NCBI RefSeq assembly: GCF_964355755.1
Contig: NC_092674.1
Span: 22,692,001-22,756,000, forward strand
Length of the DNA stretch: 64,000 bases
Direction: 5' to 3'
DNA from: Antedon mediterranea
Lineage: Eukaryota; Animalia; Echinodermata
The translations under genes were made by a program, and so were the position numbers. Below are positions 27,631 to 41,000 of this stretch, piece by piece. The notes below the pieces were generated by a model that was not told the DNA's origin, made no database searches, and saw only the letters and a program-made list of their open reading frames with translations. The stretch's first letter is position 1, and every line of letters begins with the position of its first letter.

Positions 27631-29435
27631 TTAAGTATTTATTCTGAAATATAATTTTATATCACAAAACTAATGATAAGGAGTTAATTGTTTTCATGGT
27701 TCCAACAGTACCTGTATTGTGTCTCCACATTCTGTCTAGTCATTTAGGAAAATTATGTTATACATACAGTGACAGTGTCACATGTATCACATGTGGCGCC
27801 TGTATTATGTTAATGATATAGGCTAAGGTTAGGATATAAATTATATAGGTTTCACATGATAAATATGTGACACTGTATTAAGAATGTATCCATAATTATG
27901 AACAGATAATCGGCTAAATGGTTTGCTTAGCAGAGAGAATATAAATTTAAAAAGGTATACCTTTCTTGACAGAACATCACGAGAACCCGTAGCTTTAGAC
28001 ATCGTGATTTTGTGAAGGTATTAGCAAGAAAATTATAGCTTAAATGTAATTTTATTACGATATAATTTCTATAATTAAGTCGACCTACCATGCATACCAA
28101 TATATAATACTAACATCATCTTGGTTAATGATGATGAGAATAATATGGGAAAGGATAAAGTACGATTCTAATTTCTAATTACAGACTTCCAATTGGAATT
28201 ATAGAAAAATTTCGATTTAATTACAGTACAATTTTCAATGTTGTTCTATACCACTGTCCAACATTTAATTTGGCGTTTGGTTTGTATGTGTTTTTTATTA
28301 ATATTCCTTGATGAATGTAGAGGGGTTAGTGTAACCCCAATCGACTGTGTCTTTCTTTTTCTTTAACGAAAACCTTGTACGTAACAATTTCCCATATTGC
28401 ATAATGATCAATATTTACACGTACACGTTTGTTTTCCCTACTAAGACAAAAACAATTACGTATCTGCAACCAGTAGGTTGACCAATCACAAGCAACGAAT
28501 CTTATGAAGTGTCGCATGTGATTGGTCAATATACTTACGTATACATTTCCTTGCGTTACATTCCTGTGGGAATCTAGTCTAACTGACGAATCATAATCGA
28601 TTTTATATCATTTTTTTTTTTCATTTCATTATCGAAAAAGAGCTATCATCCCACAAGTAGAGCACGACAGAAATTATAATAGCTTACTTATGAGAATTCT
28701 ATTAAACCACGATCATCCGTAATTATTATTTTAGTACCATTGAAATGACCTAGATATGTGACTAACGATTTTATTCTGATTTAAATATACAGTTCAATGT
28801 ATTTATTTTTTATTCTTTTTCATTTATTTCTTTTATCGACCGTGAAACCTGTATCAATAAGCTACAAAATAAATTAGAAAAGTTTCCATCTTAGAAACAC
28901 GACCATGTACTGTATATCTTCAATGAAATGAATACCAAATAAAACAAATAACATAATTAAATGACGTCATGATCAATAACATCGTTATTCGTCATATTAT
29001 TGTTCTTATTTATCATGACGTCATTTGACGTGTGAAAATATCATTTTGTGAATGTTATCCCAATTTAGAAAACCTAAAAATTAATCCTTTTAAAATCTTC
29101 AATAATGAATTATGGGTAATAATTAAGATACGATTGCAGTTTGCCGAAGATCAATCAATTTCAATATTTGTTCAAATAAATGACCAATCCCATATATAAT
29201 GATTTCGCAACTTCAAAGAAAATTGATCATTTGTTGATTACTTATCTGTTTTGTTGAAATATATGCCGCAATGATGTATGTAGAGTAGGATAATGGATAC
29301 ACTTTTAAGACAAGAATGTTTATTTAGGTTATTTATGTTGCACCAACAAATCTGCAACATCGTTTCTTATCTGTTTAATTGCCTGTTTTGTATGTCAAAC
29401 ACACTAGGGAACGTACTTTTGGTTGGCCACAAAAT

Positions 29436-29486
29436 GGCGATCTTTCGTTCTCGCGACATAATATGTCGCGAAAACGAAAGATCGCC
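29436..29486. repeat. Near-perfect 51-bp palindrome
   Basis: GGCGATCTTTCGTTCTCGCGACATA-A-TATGTCGCGAAAACGAAAGATCGCC, one mismatch. Confidence 0.9.
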
Positions 29487-30755
29487 TAAATTTATAAACT
29501 ACATTACGATACTTATTTTTGTATATTCAGGAACAGCTGCCGCTCCATTATAATGTCTTTGCTATTTCTTCTTTATTTCTATTTTTATTATGAAATTTAT
29601 ACTAGCAAATATCATTTTTATTAATAATATAATCATAATAACAATTATTTTAATTATTTTAAATATGTATAAAATAATATAGGTTAACCAAAACGACATG
29701 GATTAATCATATTGACTATAACAACGCGGAACATCAATTCTATATAGACTCTTCCACACATAATGTAACAAATAAAACACTAATGTAATCAAACACCGTA
29801 TACTCTCTCTAACCAATTTTTCAATCTTCTATCGAATAAAGCCGAAGTATAGTCGTTATCTCGGAACCGCTCTATGGTTACCACTAGGTAGGCTTACTTC
29901 ATCAAGGCTTCTATGAGTCTAACAGTCATTCTACGCATGTTCATACTTATTGTGTTTTTAAATATACACAAATTACATGTCGATTCGACAGATGCCTAAT
30001 CGAGTTCCGTGTCGTGAAAACGAATCCTTTCTATTGCGAAATGGCACCATTCTCCGCCTGACGTTAAAATGTAGTGTTATTCTCTTCTTTTTTTAAAGGA
30101 GGGTTTACAATATTGTGACGAAGGTGCTTACATATCACCAACATAACAATTTGAAAATAATTCAATATTACACCTCCTAGCCTGAGTTACCACTGGCCGT
30201 CGCTTCTTTAAATTTTTGCTCGCGTATCTTCTGAGTTATGTGAGAACATAAAGAATCTGCACAACCCAAGCAAGAAAAGACGACGCTTTGATACAAAATT
30301 ATATAGTGAGACTGCCCCTTTAATAATATTATTCGCAATTAGTGTCATAATTATAAATCACAATACCCGTTTTGAATCGATGACTGAATGTATTTGTTAT
30401 ACAGGTCATCAATAACGCTGTATACAACGCCACAAGTGCATTCATTGTGCACCGCGTAGCCGATTATATTCAACCTAGTTAGGTTGTCTAAGCAAGACGG
30501 CACCAAATTATTTACGCGACGTTTAGCCTACGATATTGTGTTCATAATCTTTAATACGGATGTATACAGAAATTAAGTGTTGTATAAACATATTATTGCA
30601 ATGTAAATCATGATCAACATGAAGGCGTAATGAATTTGTTTAATGTACTGGTAATCTAATTTAGTGTAAAAATAATATATTTGTGTTGCACTGATGAAAA
30701 GGGCTAGTGTTGCCTGAAAGCTCTGTTAATTTTCCTAGCTTTTCGCTTTTTTTTT

Positions 30756-30897
30756 TATCTCCATTGAGATCCAGCCACTGATACCCACAGCATTGTCATT
30801 TTGTATCTCCATTGAGATCCAGCCACTGATACCCACAGCATTGTCATTTTGTATCTCCATTGAGATCCAGCCACTGATACCCACAGCATTGTCATTT
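30756..30897 (+). repeat. 48-bp tandem repeat x3
   Basis: CCATTGAGATCCAGCCACTGATACCCACAGCATTGTCATTT at 30761, 30809 and 30857. Confidence 0.95.
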
Positions 30898-33388
30898 GTT
30901 CAATAATTTGCCTTTTGATTAATAATATATTTTTATAAAATATTTGTGTTTATTAATCACATAAAAAGACAACAATTATAGATTTGGAAGACAAACCGAG
31001 CATTGGAAAACCTCGAACCTTTAGATGTATCAGACAATTAAGGCTTCGAAGATTATGCCACAATGGGGGGAATGGTAGGTGTGACTGGAGAGCATCCAGG
31101 TGAAGGAATAATGAGGAATCATTGCTATGTCAGACATCCAATAATAGTTTGGACATTAGTGTTGTCAAATAGCACTGGGGTGTTGGGTAGCATTGTTGGA
31201 AGATTAGTACTTGTAGTAGTCTGTTTTCGTTGTTATATTTTAGCCATATTTTCTCCCGTTAGATTATTAATAATTATACTTAATTGTCCTTTCCAAGTAA
31301 TATTTGTATGCAAGATATTAATTTTATCTTCAATCCAATATTATCACTTCAAAAATAATTTTTTTATAATCACTGTAAATGTCAATACATAAATTCAGTT
31401 TTCCCTTAAATTACAGATTTAATTACCAAATCCGTCTCGTGGGTTGATTTTATTCGCACCTAGTCTTTTTCAATTTTATTAAGATTACTTGTTTGTCGCA
31501 TAGATAGTGATTTTTCTCACATTTTCAAATTGTAATTTGTGTTTGTAATGCATTTTTGATTTAAGAGTAAAAATGTAAACTATATTTACACGCTCTTTCT
31601 CTATCGTAGTTAAATCACGGTCTTTCGGAGTTATTTGCTTGTCTAGCGTTCAAACGGGAACATGCCATCACGTAACTCATGTACACGAGCTGTTATTTAT
31701 ACGGCGGAGTATAAGGGTATTTCTATCGTTACATTCAAACTTGTCTGAGTTTAAGTTATATCGGACGTATCTCTGAAACCTATCGGAGTTAATGGCACAG
31801 AGTTATAAGAGCGTTTGATCACACAATAAGAGTTGCTTTAAATTGCTTGTGTTGTTTAAACTGGTCGCCGATCGCAAGCCGTACGAATAATATAGGCCTA
31901 TTACAAACGCTAGTAAAACGAACTGCCACTATGTGAATTGATGTTACCTCAATATATTACTCATTTTTATATTAAGTCACTCAATGTGTTCCTATAGTTG
32001 AAACTTTACTTTAGAGGGAAATCCCAACAAACATGTTGAAAAAAAAACAAAGACAAAAGATATTAAAAACAAAATGATGGATTTATTTATTTTTCCCCTT
32101 ATTTGTATTCAAGGTCTAAAAATGTGTCAAAAACACCGACCAGCATCGCCATGAAATACAATATACAAAATATATAACCAAATTTAAACTGTACTTGACA
32201 CATAAGAATACAAACAGGTTTATATATTCAAAGTGGCATTAAATGCTGAAAAAACAACCATGTAAAGAAACTATATACTTTTAAAAGGTTAGAAAAATAC
32301 AATTTAGTTTATGTTTTAGTAGTTTTTCACTTTAGACATATTTCATATAATTTAATTCACAAAATCAATAAATTAGATTTTGATTTTCATTTATTGATTT
32401 GACACAATCAGTCGCCTGCAACAAAGCGCCATAACAGATTACTGTAGTGTCCGCAACTTTACCTTACTATGTACCCTATGTAAGATAATAAACCACAAAA
32501 AAAATCAATATACGTAACGTATAGATACGACATTAAAGACATTAACATGTTACAGAGAACTATTAGCTTGTGTACTGTCAATTTTCACCGGTATTGTGTC
32601 TGCTAGGATGACATTTAACGTTTCCTTAGATTTCCAATTGTCATTATTATCCATTAGGTTCATGAGTTACAGGATTATTTATTTGTACAGCCCGAGTGTA
32701 TTCTTTCTCTTTACCTTAAGCTTCAATAATACCAGAGATGAGACGACATTATTAATGCCATGATTAGGCCGTTTCATGACAGCACATTATATTCTAGAAA
32801 CATCAACATTTGACTAATTCGGAAATCGTTTTTTTCCCGTTTATTATCGTTAATCTTGGTTGTCATTAAATCCAAAAATTTTATATTATTTTTAAATTCT
32901 AATAAAAATGAATCATTTGAATTCATACAAAATAATCAAATTAGTTGTAGATTATATAATAATATCTGGCTATGTTGACAGCCTCTAACATTCCACTCCC
33001 CCTAACTCATTTTTTTCACATTTTTTGCCTAGACTATAATATGTATACCCACCTTTCGTTTTCAAAACGCGGCACGTGACTACGCAGCTATTGCTGTCAT
33101 TCTACGTATGTTCATGTTTCTGTGTATGCGCTAAATGACTGCACATCTTGAAAGAAAGGTTGATAATTGTCTTTCATTGTTTTTTCCTCCACACAGGTTT
33201 GTCCAGGCAATACATCGATTGACCTGACCGCGTCTCAAATTGAAAGCTCCCAAACTAGGTGTACTAGTCCACTCACATCCACTACTTAAAGTGGACATTC
33301 TAATAGGGCTCATAGTTCTGTTTAAATCAATATTATTTAGATTGTGGAACTTACAATTACGACATAAGATAATATATTAATTACATAT

Positions 33389-33391
<3 letters not shown>

Positions 33392-33457
<66 letters not shown>
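33392..33457. repeat. (TA)n microsatellite, left flank of the element
   Basis: About 32 perfect TA units. Confidence 0.97.
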
Positions 33458-33459
<2 letters not shown>

Positions 33460-33469
33460 AGATCTTGTT

Positions 33470-33610
33470 GGCCGATTGCTACGTTCTGAAGAATTCAAAT
33501 GGCCGATTGCTACGTTCTGAAGAACTCAAATGGCCGATTGCTACGAATTCAAGACTTTTTGGCCGTTTGCTACTGTCATTTTGCTACGTTGGCTATGGAC
33601 GTTTGCTACG
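33470..33610 (+). repeat. Left subterminal motif array (31-bp tandem repeat plus degenerate copies)
   Basis: GGCCGATTGCTACG at 33470, 33501 and 33532; GGCCGTTTGCTAC at 33561; TGTCATTTTGCTACG at 33574; GGACGTTTGCTACG at 33597. Confidence 0.9.
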
Positions 33611-33892
33611 TTGGAGTTTTCATTGCCCATGTGACGTCATTTCCGTTATTTCTTCTTCGAAAATTGAAAGGAAATGTGATGTGCGATGAAATTATGATTT
33701 GCCATTTGCGACGGATTTCAGGCTTTCCAACAACTTTATTTATTTATAAAAAATAATTAATGTACGTAATTTTGTGTATTTTGTACCAAACATAGGCTAG
33801 GAGCCTAGGCAGGTAGGGTTTTTACCCATATCGGGGCTTTGATGTCAGACTCGAAGTCTTTTCAAATCAAATAAATCATTTGATTATAGCCT

Positions 33893-34115
33893 TCTAGGTC
33901 TAGCTAGGCCTAGGCCTAGCTAGGCCTAGCTAGGGCTCATCATAATAGGCAAGCCTAGCCTAGGCCTAGTAGTAGTAGTAGGCTACTAGGCCTAGCTTAA
34001 TAGAGGACCTAGGCTTAGGCCTAACCTACTAGGCCTGTAGCCTACATAGGTAGGTAGGCCCTAGCTAGGGCCTGTCTGTAGGCTAGGCTAAGGCTTAGCC
34101 TAACTAAGGCCTTAT
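33893..34115. repeat. CTAG/AGGCCT-rich palindromic low-complexity block (left)
   Basis: Dense TAGGCCTAG and CTAGCTAG palindromes. Confidence 0.85.
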
Positions 34116-35639
34116 GAAGGCTTTTTTATGCTGTATGTGTTTTACACTACAGTACCTTTGTTTAATTTTATTTCTAAATGTGTTATGCAAATTGTTAAAT
34201 AATTATTTTATTTCTTTCAGGTTGTGATATTATAATATATTAATATAAAAAGATGTGAAAGTTTTAAAGCCCATCCTAAAAGTTAGTTGATAATAATAAC
34301 CAACTAATATTAAATGTTGGTGGAAGAACATTTGTCTTGTCTGAAATCAATGAAGATGATGTAGCTGACGCTGTGCAGAAATACTAATAATAAAAAGATG
34401 ATGATGAGAATACAAAATACAGTAATAAATAGCATATGATAGTAGTAGGCCTGTGTTTAACTTGAAAAAAGGTGTCAAAATCATTAATAAAAACTAATTA
34501 ATAAAGGTAAATCAGCAAATGTGTTTACTTTACTGTAGTTTTGTATTTTTCTCAATAAATTAGTGACGTACAAAGCTGAGTGTGGGGTGGGTTACTACAG
34601 TATTTCCAAGTACCTAGATTAAGTTTAGTAAGCTTCTACAGTAATCTACACCAAGTAAGTTTGTATGACAAAATGTTATCAAGTACATGCAAACATGATG
34701 TTATATTTCTTTTTAAACGGATGAATAGAGATTATAATTGAATACATTGACTATACAAGATTGTTTTTTTAACTTGTTTTTGGTCGAAAATAAATAGAAA
34801 ATAACATTGGAGCATGTTAATAAAATGTAGTTGATAACATTTTATATAATAAAAACCATATGTTGACAGACACTAATAGACCTACGTTGTGGACAACACT
34901 GATGCAGTGTTATACAACTTTGGATGTTACAAGAATTATGGACTTGAAAATCAACAACTCTATCCATAATCATCATCGTGTGCTAGGGTTCTCATAATTC
35001 ATTTTTAATTCATGTTTAATGTAGTAAACCTCATAATTATGGCAGTCAGGATCAAGTCCAGAAGTGCAAAAGCACTTGTCATGACTTGACCCTTTTCAGC
35101 AAAACAAAAGGTTTCAGTTTAAAGTAAATCAGAAATAAGGTTTAACAAGTATATATAACCAGTTTAAAAAAACCAATCACATTGACTTAAAGATGTACTG
35201 TCTTCCAAAAACATGAACACTGAAGATTAATAAAATTAATGCAAGTAATTTAACTTTAGGATGATGAGCTTTTTAAATAGTGGCCCAGTGTGAGCAAAAT
35301 AAGGAGAGAATAGTAATAAATGGAATGACTAGTTAGAACCCAACTGCAGCCTTCATCTGTAGCTGTATGTATTAGATAAAAGCAGGTACACACAGAATTG
35401 AAGACAACTTTTATAACTTTATTTCATCTTTGATTTAATTTAATAGAAATTAAAATAAAACTTACAAAATACTAAAAACAAACTGTAAGGGAAGAGCTTA
35501 AATTAATTCAAAATAATTATTTCTTATAAAAGGTAACACATTTAATAGTTTAACCTGGAAAGGCTAAAGAATTAAGGCCTATGTAAGGATTTATGTAACG
35601 TTTGTTAAAAAATGTCATTGAATACAAGTCCTGGCCAAT

Positions 35640-35853
35640 CATTCATGCAACCAAACACTATGGAGCTGCTGCTGTATAATGTTGATGAGTTTCAAATGAA
35701 TAGGTGAATACATTTAGACTTCTACTTCAGTATGCTCATTCTATGAAAATGCTCCTTCAATGACAGTCCAAACAGCAACACACTGTGGGTAGAAGAATAT
35801 TGCAGGATTTAACCAGGTTTCACAATAAGCATGTTAAGTGTTCATTTAATTGA
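35640..35853 (-). pseudogene. Decayed RING-finger-like coding relic inside the large element
   Basis: After a minus-strand acceptor (ttttaatgtttgcAG), one frame reads QLNEHLTCLL*NLVKSCNILLPTVCCCLDCH*, and an adjacent frame gives LNPAI. This resembles a RING-HC start (LxxxLTCxxC..LxxPxxLPCxHxxCxxC) but carries stops and frameshifts. Confidence 0.35.
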
Positions 35854-37016
35854 CTGCAAACATTAAAATTGTATCAGTAATACTAGTAAAAGTACAGTTG
35901 TTTAACAATAGTTACTTTTGGTTTTTGCATTTGGGTGTATAATTAAATTTGTAATTGTTTTTTTCTAAGAAATTAGTTAAGTGTCCTGTATTGTTTTATT
36001 GTCTAATAAATGATTTTTCAAACAGTTGTATTGGTAGATTTGTCTAGTATATATGTTTTATAATAACTGTACCCCTACAAATGTCTAACTACTTAAATGT
36101 TCTGTACTGTTGTGTTGTTTACCAGATGATTTCTAAACAAATTATTCTGTTAGATTTGTCTAAAATACAGCTGTACTCTTAATCGTGCTGTATAATAACT
36201 GTATCCCCACAGATGTCTAACTTCTTGAATGTCCTGTGTCGTTGTGTTGTCTAATGGATGATTTCTAAACAAATTATTTGTCTAAAATTGTGTGCTATAA
36301 TAACTGTACCCCTACACACGTGTAACTAGTTAAATGTGAAATGTGTATTATTGGGTTGTTCAATAGATTATTTCTCAAATTTTACTGTTAAATTTGTCTA
36401 AAATATTTACTCTAAATTGTGCTCTATAATAACTGTAACCTAAATACTTGAATGTCTTGTATTGTTGAGTTGTTCAATAGATGATTTATCAACTAATTAT
36501 ACTTCAGATTTGTCTAAAATATGTACTCTTAATTGTGTGCTATAATAACTGTACCCCTACACATGTCTAACTACTTGAATGTCCTGTATTGTTGGGTTGT
36601 TCTATAGATGATTTCTCAACCAGTTGTAATGTTAGATTTGTCTAAAATATGTACTCCTAATTGTGTTCTATAATATCTGTACTCCTCCCTACAAATGTGA
36701 ACTACTAGAATGTCCTGTATTATTGTGTTGTCTATTAGATGATTTCTCAACCAAATTATACTGTTAGATTTGTCTAAAATATGTACTCTTAATTTTGCTC
36801 TATAATAACTGTACCCCTACACATGTCTAACAACTTGAATGTCCTGTATTATTGGGTTGTTTCATATAGAATTTCTCAACAACTAATTATACTTCAGATT
36901 TGTCTAAAATATTTACTCCTAATTGTGTTCTATAATAACTGTACCATGTATAATTGTTTTGTCTAAAAGTTCTTAACCAATTATAGTGTTATATTTGCTG
37001 TTTTTTATTTTGCTCT

Positions 37017-38030
37017 AAACAACTAAGTAAATTAAACTGCATTGCTGTGTTTAATTTTGCCCTAAACAACTAACTAAACTGAACTGCATTGCTGTGTTTA
37101 ATTTTGCCCTAAACAACTAACTAAACTGAACTGCATTGCTGTGTTTAATTTTGCCCTAAACAACTAACTAAACTGAACTGCATTGCTGTGTTTAATTTTG
37201 CCCTAAACAACTAACTAAACTGAACTGCATTGCTGTGTTTAATTTTGCCCTAAACAACTAACTAAACTGAACTGCATTGCTGTGTTTAATTTTGCCCTAA
37301 ACAACTAACTAAACTGAACTGCATTGCTGTGTTTAATTTTGCCCTAAACAACTAACTAAACTGAACTGCAGTGCTGTGTTTAATTTTGCCCTAAAAAACT
37401 AACTAAACTGAACTGCATTGCTGTGTTTAATTTTGCCCTAAACAACTAACTAAACTGAACTGCATTGCTGTGTTTAATTTTGCCCTAAACAACTAACTAA
37501 ACTGAACTGCATTGCTGTGTTTAATTTTGCCCTAAACAACTAACTAAACTGAACTGCATTGCTGTGTTTAATTTTGCCCTAAACAACTAACTAAACTGAA
37601 CTGCATTGCTGTGTTTAATTTTGCCCTAAACAACTAACTAAACTGAACTGCATTGCTGTGTTTAATTTTGCCCTAAACAACTAACTAAACTGAACTGCAT
37701 TGCTGTGTTTAATTTTGCCCTAAACAACTAACTAAACTGAACTGCATTGCTGTGTTTAATTTTGCCCTAAACAACTAACTAAACTGAACTGCATTGCTGT
37801 GTTTAATTTTGCCCTAAACAATTAACTAAACTGAACTGCATTGCTGTGTTTAATTTTGCCCTAAACAACTAACTAAACTGAACTGCATTGCTGTGTTTAA
37901 TTTTGCCCTAAACAACTAACTAAACTGAACTGCATTGCTGTGTTTAATTTTGCCCTAAACAACTAACTAAACTGAACTGCATTGCTGTGTTTAATTTGCC
38001 CTAAACAACTAACTAAACTGAACTGCATTG
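37017..38030 (+). repeat. Highly homogeneous 47-bp tandem array (~21 copies)
   Basis: Period 47 (e.g. 37111, 37158); only isolated substitutions between copies. Confidence 0.95.
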
Positions 38031-41000
38031 CATTGCTGTGTTTAAATTTATCCTACAACCAATAGATCAAACAACAATGTACTCTTAATTGTGTTCTATA
38101 ATAACTCTACCCCTACACATGTCTAACTACTTGAATGCTCTGCATTATTGTGTTGTCTAATAGATGATTTCTTAACCAATTATTCTGTTAAATATGTTTA
38201 AAATATGTACTCCTAAATGGGTTCTATAAGAACTCTAACCCTACACATGTTTAACTACTATGTGCTGTAATATTGTGTTGTCTAATAGATTAGATAGATA
38301 GATTTCTCAACCAATTATTCTGTTAGATTTGTCTCAAATATTTACTCTTAATTGTGTCCTATAACCTGAACTGCTGTGTTTAATTTTGTCCTACAACCAA
38401 CTAAACTAAACTGAATTGCTCTGTTTAATTTTGTTCTACAACCAACTTAACTAAACTTCTCTATTTAATTTTGTCTTACAACCAACTAAACTAAACTGAA
38501 TTGCTATGTTTAATTGTGTCTTACAACCAACTAAACTAACTGAATTGCACAAGTCTAAATATTTGAATGTTCTGTAGTATTGTGTTGTCTACTAGATAAT
38601 TTCTTAACCAATTATACTTTTAGATTTGTCTAAAATATGTACACTTAATGATGTTCTATAATAACTGTACCCCTACACATGTCTAAATATTTGAATGTTC
38701 TGTATTGTTTTGTTGTCTACTAGATAATTTCCCAACCAATTATACTTTTAAATTTGTCTAAAATATATTATCTTAATTGTTGTCTACAATAACTGTACCC
38801 CTACATATGTCTAAATATTTGAATGCTCTGTATTATTGTTTTGGCTAATAGATGAATGGCTGTGTTTAATTTTGTTCTACAACCAACTTAACTAAACTGA
38901 ACTGCTGTGTTTAATTATGTCCTACAACCAACTAATCTAAACTGAATTGCTCGGTTTAATTTTGTTCTACAACCAACTAAATTAAACTGAATTGCTCTGT
39001 TTATTCTGTTCTACAACCAACTAAACTAAACTGAATTACTCTGTTTATTTTGTTCTACAACCAACTAAACTAAACTAAACTGAACTGCTGTGTTTACCTG
39101 TTTCCTATAACCAATTAAACTAAACTGTTCTGTTTAGTTTTGTTCTACAAACAACTCAACTAAACTGAACTGAACTGCTGTGTTTAATTGTGTCTTACAA
39201 CCAACTAAACTAAACTGAATTACTCTGTTTAATTGTGTCTTACAACCAACTAAACTAAACTGAATTACTCTGTTTAATTGTGTCCTAAAAACAACTAAAC
39301 TAAACTGAATTGCTATGTTTAATTGTGTCCTAAAACCAACTAAACTACACTGAATTGCTATGTTTAATTGTGTCTTACAACCAACTAAACTAAACTGAAT
39401 TACTCTGTTTAATTGTGTCCTAAAACCAACTAAACTAAACTGAATTGCTGTGTTTAATTGTGTCCTAAAACCAACTAAACTACACTGAATTGCTCTGTTT
39501 AATTGTGTCCTAAAACCAACTAAACTAAACTGAATTGCTATGTTTAATTGTGTCTTAACACCAACTAAACTAAACTGAATTGCTCTGTTTAATTGTGTCC
39601 TACAGCCAACTAAGCTAAATTAGAATTGCTCTGTTTAATGTTGTTCTACAACCAAATAAAATAAACTGAATTACTCTGTTAAATTGTGTCCTACAACCAA
39701 CTAAACTAAATTGAATTTCTCTGTTTATTTTGTTCTAAACTAAACTGAACTGCTGTGTTTAATTGGGTCCTAAAACCAACTAAACTAAATTTCTCTGTTT
39801 AATTACTAAACTAAACTGTGCTGCTGTGTTAAATTGTGTCCTACAACCAACTAAACTAAACTAAGCTGCTGTGTTTAATTTTGTCCTACAACCAACTAAA
39901 CTAAATTAAATTGCTCTGTTTAATTTTGTTCTACAACCAACTAAACTAAACTGAATTGCTCTGTTTAATTGTGTCCTACAACCAACTAAACTAAACTAAG
40001 CTGCTGTGTTCAATTGTGTCCTATAACCAACTAAACAAAATTTCTCTGTTTAATTGTGTCCTCTAACAAACTAAACTAAATTGCTCTGTTTAATTTTGTT
40101 CTAGAACCACACGTGTAACTAGTTGAATGTGAAATTTGCATTATTGGGTTGTTCAATAGATTATTTCTCAACCAATTGTATTGTTAAATTTGTCTAAAAT
40201 ATTTACTCTAAATTGTGCTCTATAATAACTGTAACCTAAATACTTGAATGTCTTGTATTGTTGAGTTGTTCAATAGATGATTTATCAACTAATTATACTT
40301 CAGATTTGTCTAAAATATGTACTCTTAATTGTGTGCTATAATAACTGTACCCCTACACATGTCTAACTACTTGAATGTCCTGTATTGTTGGGTTGTTCTA
40401 TAGATGATTTCTCAACCAGTTGTAATGTTAGATTTGTCTAAAATATGTACTCCTAATTGTGTTCTATAATATCTGTACTCCTCCCTACAAATGTGAACTA
40501 CTAGAATTTCCTGTATTATTGTGTTGTCTATTAGATGATTTCTCAACCAAATTATACTGTTAGATTTGTCTAAAATATGTACTCTTGATTGTGCTCTATA
40601 ATAACTGTACCCCTACACATGTCTAACAACTTGAATGTCCTGTATTATTGGGTTGTTTCATTTAGAATTTCTCAACTAATTCTACTTCAGATTTGTCTAA
40701 AATATTTACTCCTAATTGTGTTCTATAATAACTGTACCATGTATAATTGTTTTGTCTAAAAGTTCTTAACCAATTATAGTGTTAGATTTGCTGTTTTTTA
40801 TTTTGCCCTAAACAACTAACTAAATTAAACTGCATTCCTCTCTTTAATTTTGTTGTAAGTAACTAACAAATCTAAACTGAATTCCTTTGTTTAACTTTGT
40901 CATTAAGCAACTAACTTAACTGAACTGCATTGCTGTGTTTAATTTTGCCCTAAACAACTAACTAAACTGAACTGCATTGCTGTGTTTAATTTTGCCTTAA

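Noticed and set aside
33470-33560. 31-bp repeats as a mini-CRISPR, and ORFs 33465-33689 / 33499-33756
   Set aside because: The intervening sequences are near-identical rather than spacers; the ORFs are by-products of the terminal repeats.
37017-38030. CRISPR-like regular repeat array
   Set aside because: Units are head-to-tail with no unique spacers; there are no cas genes and the context is eukaryotic.
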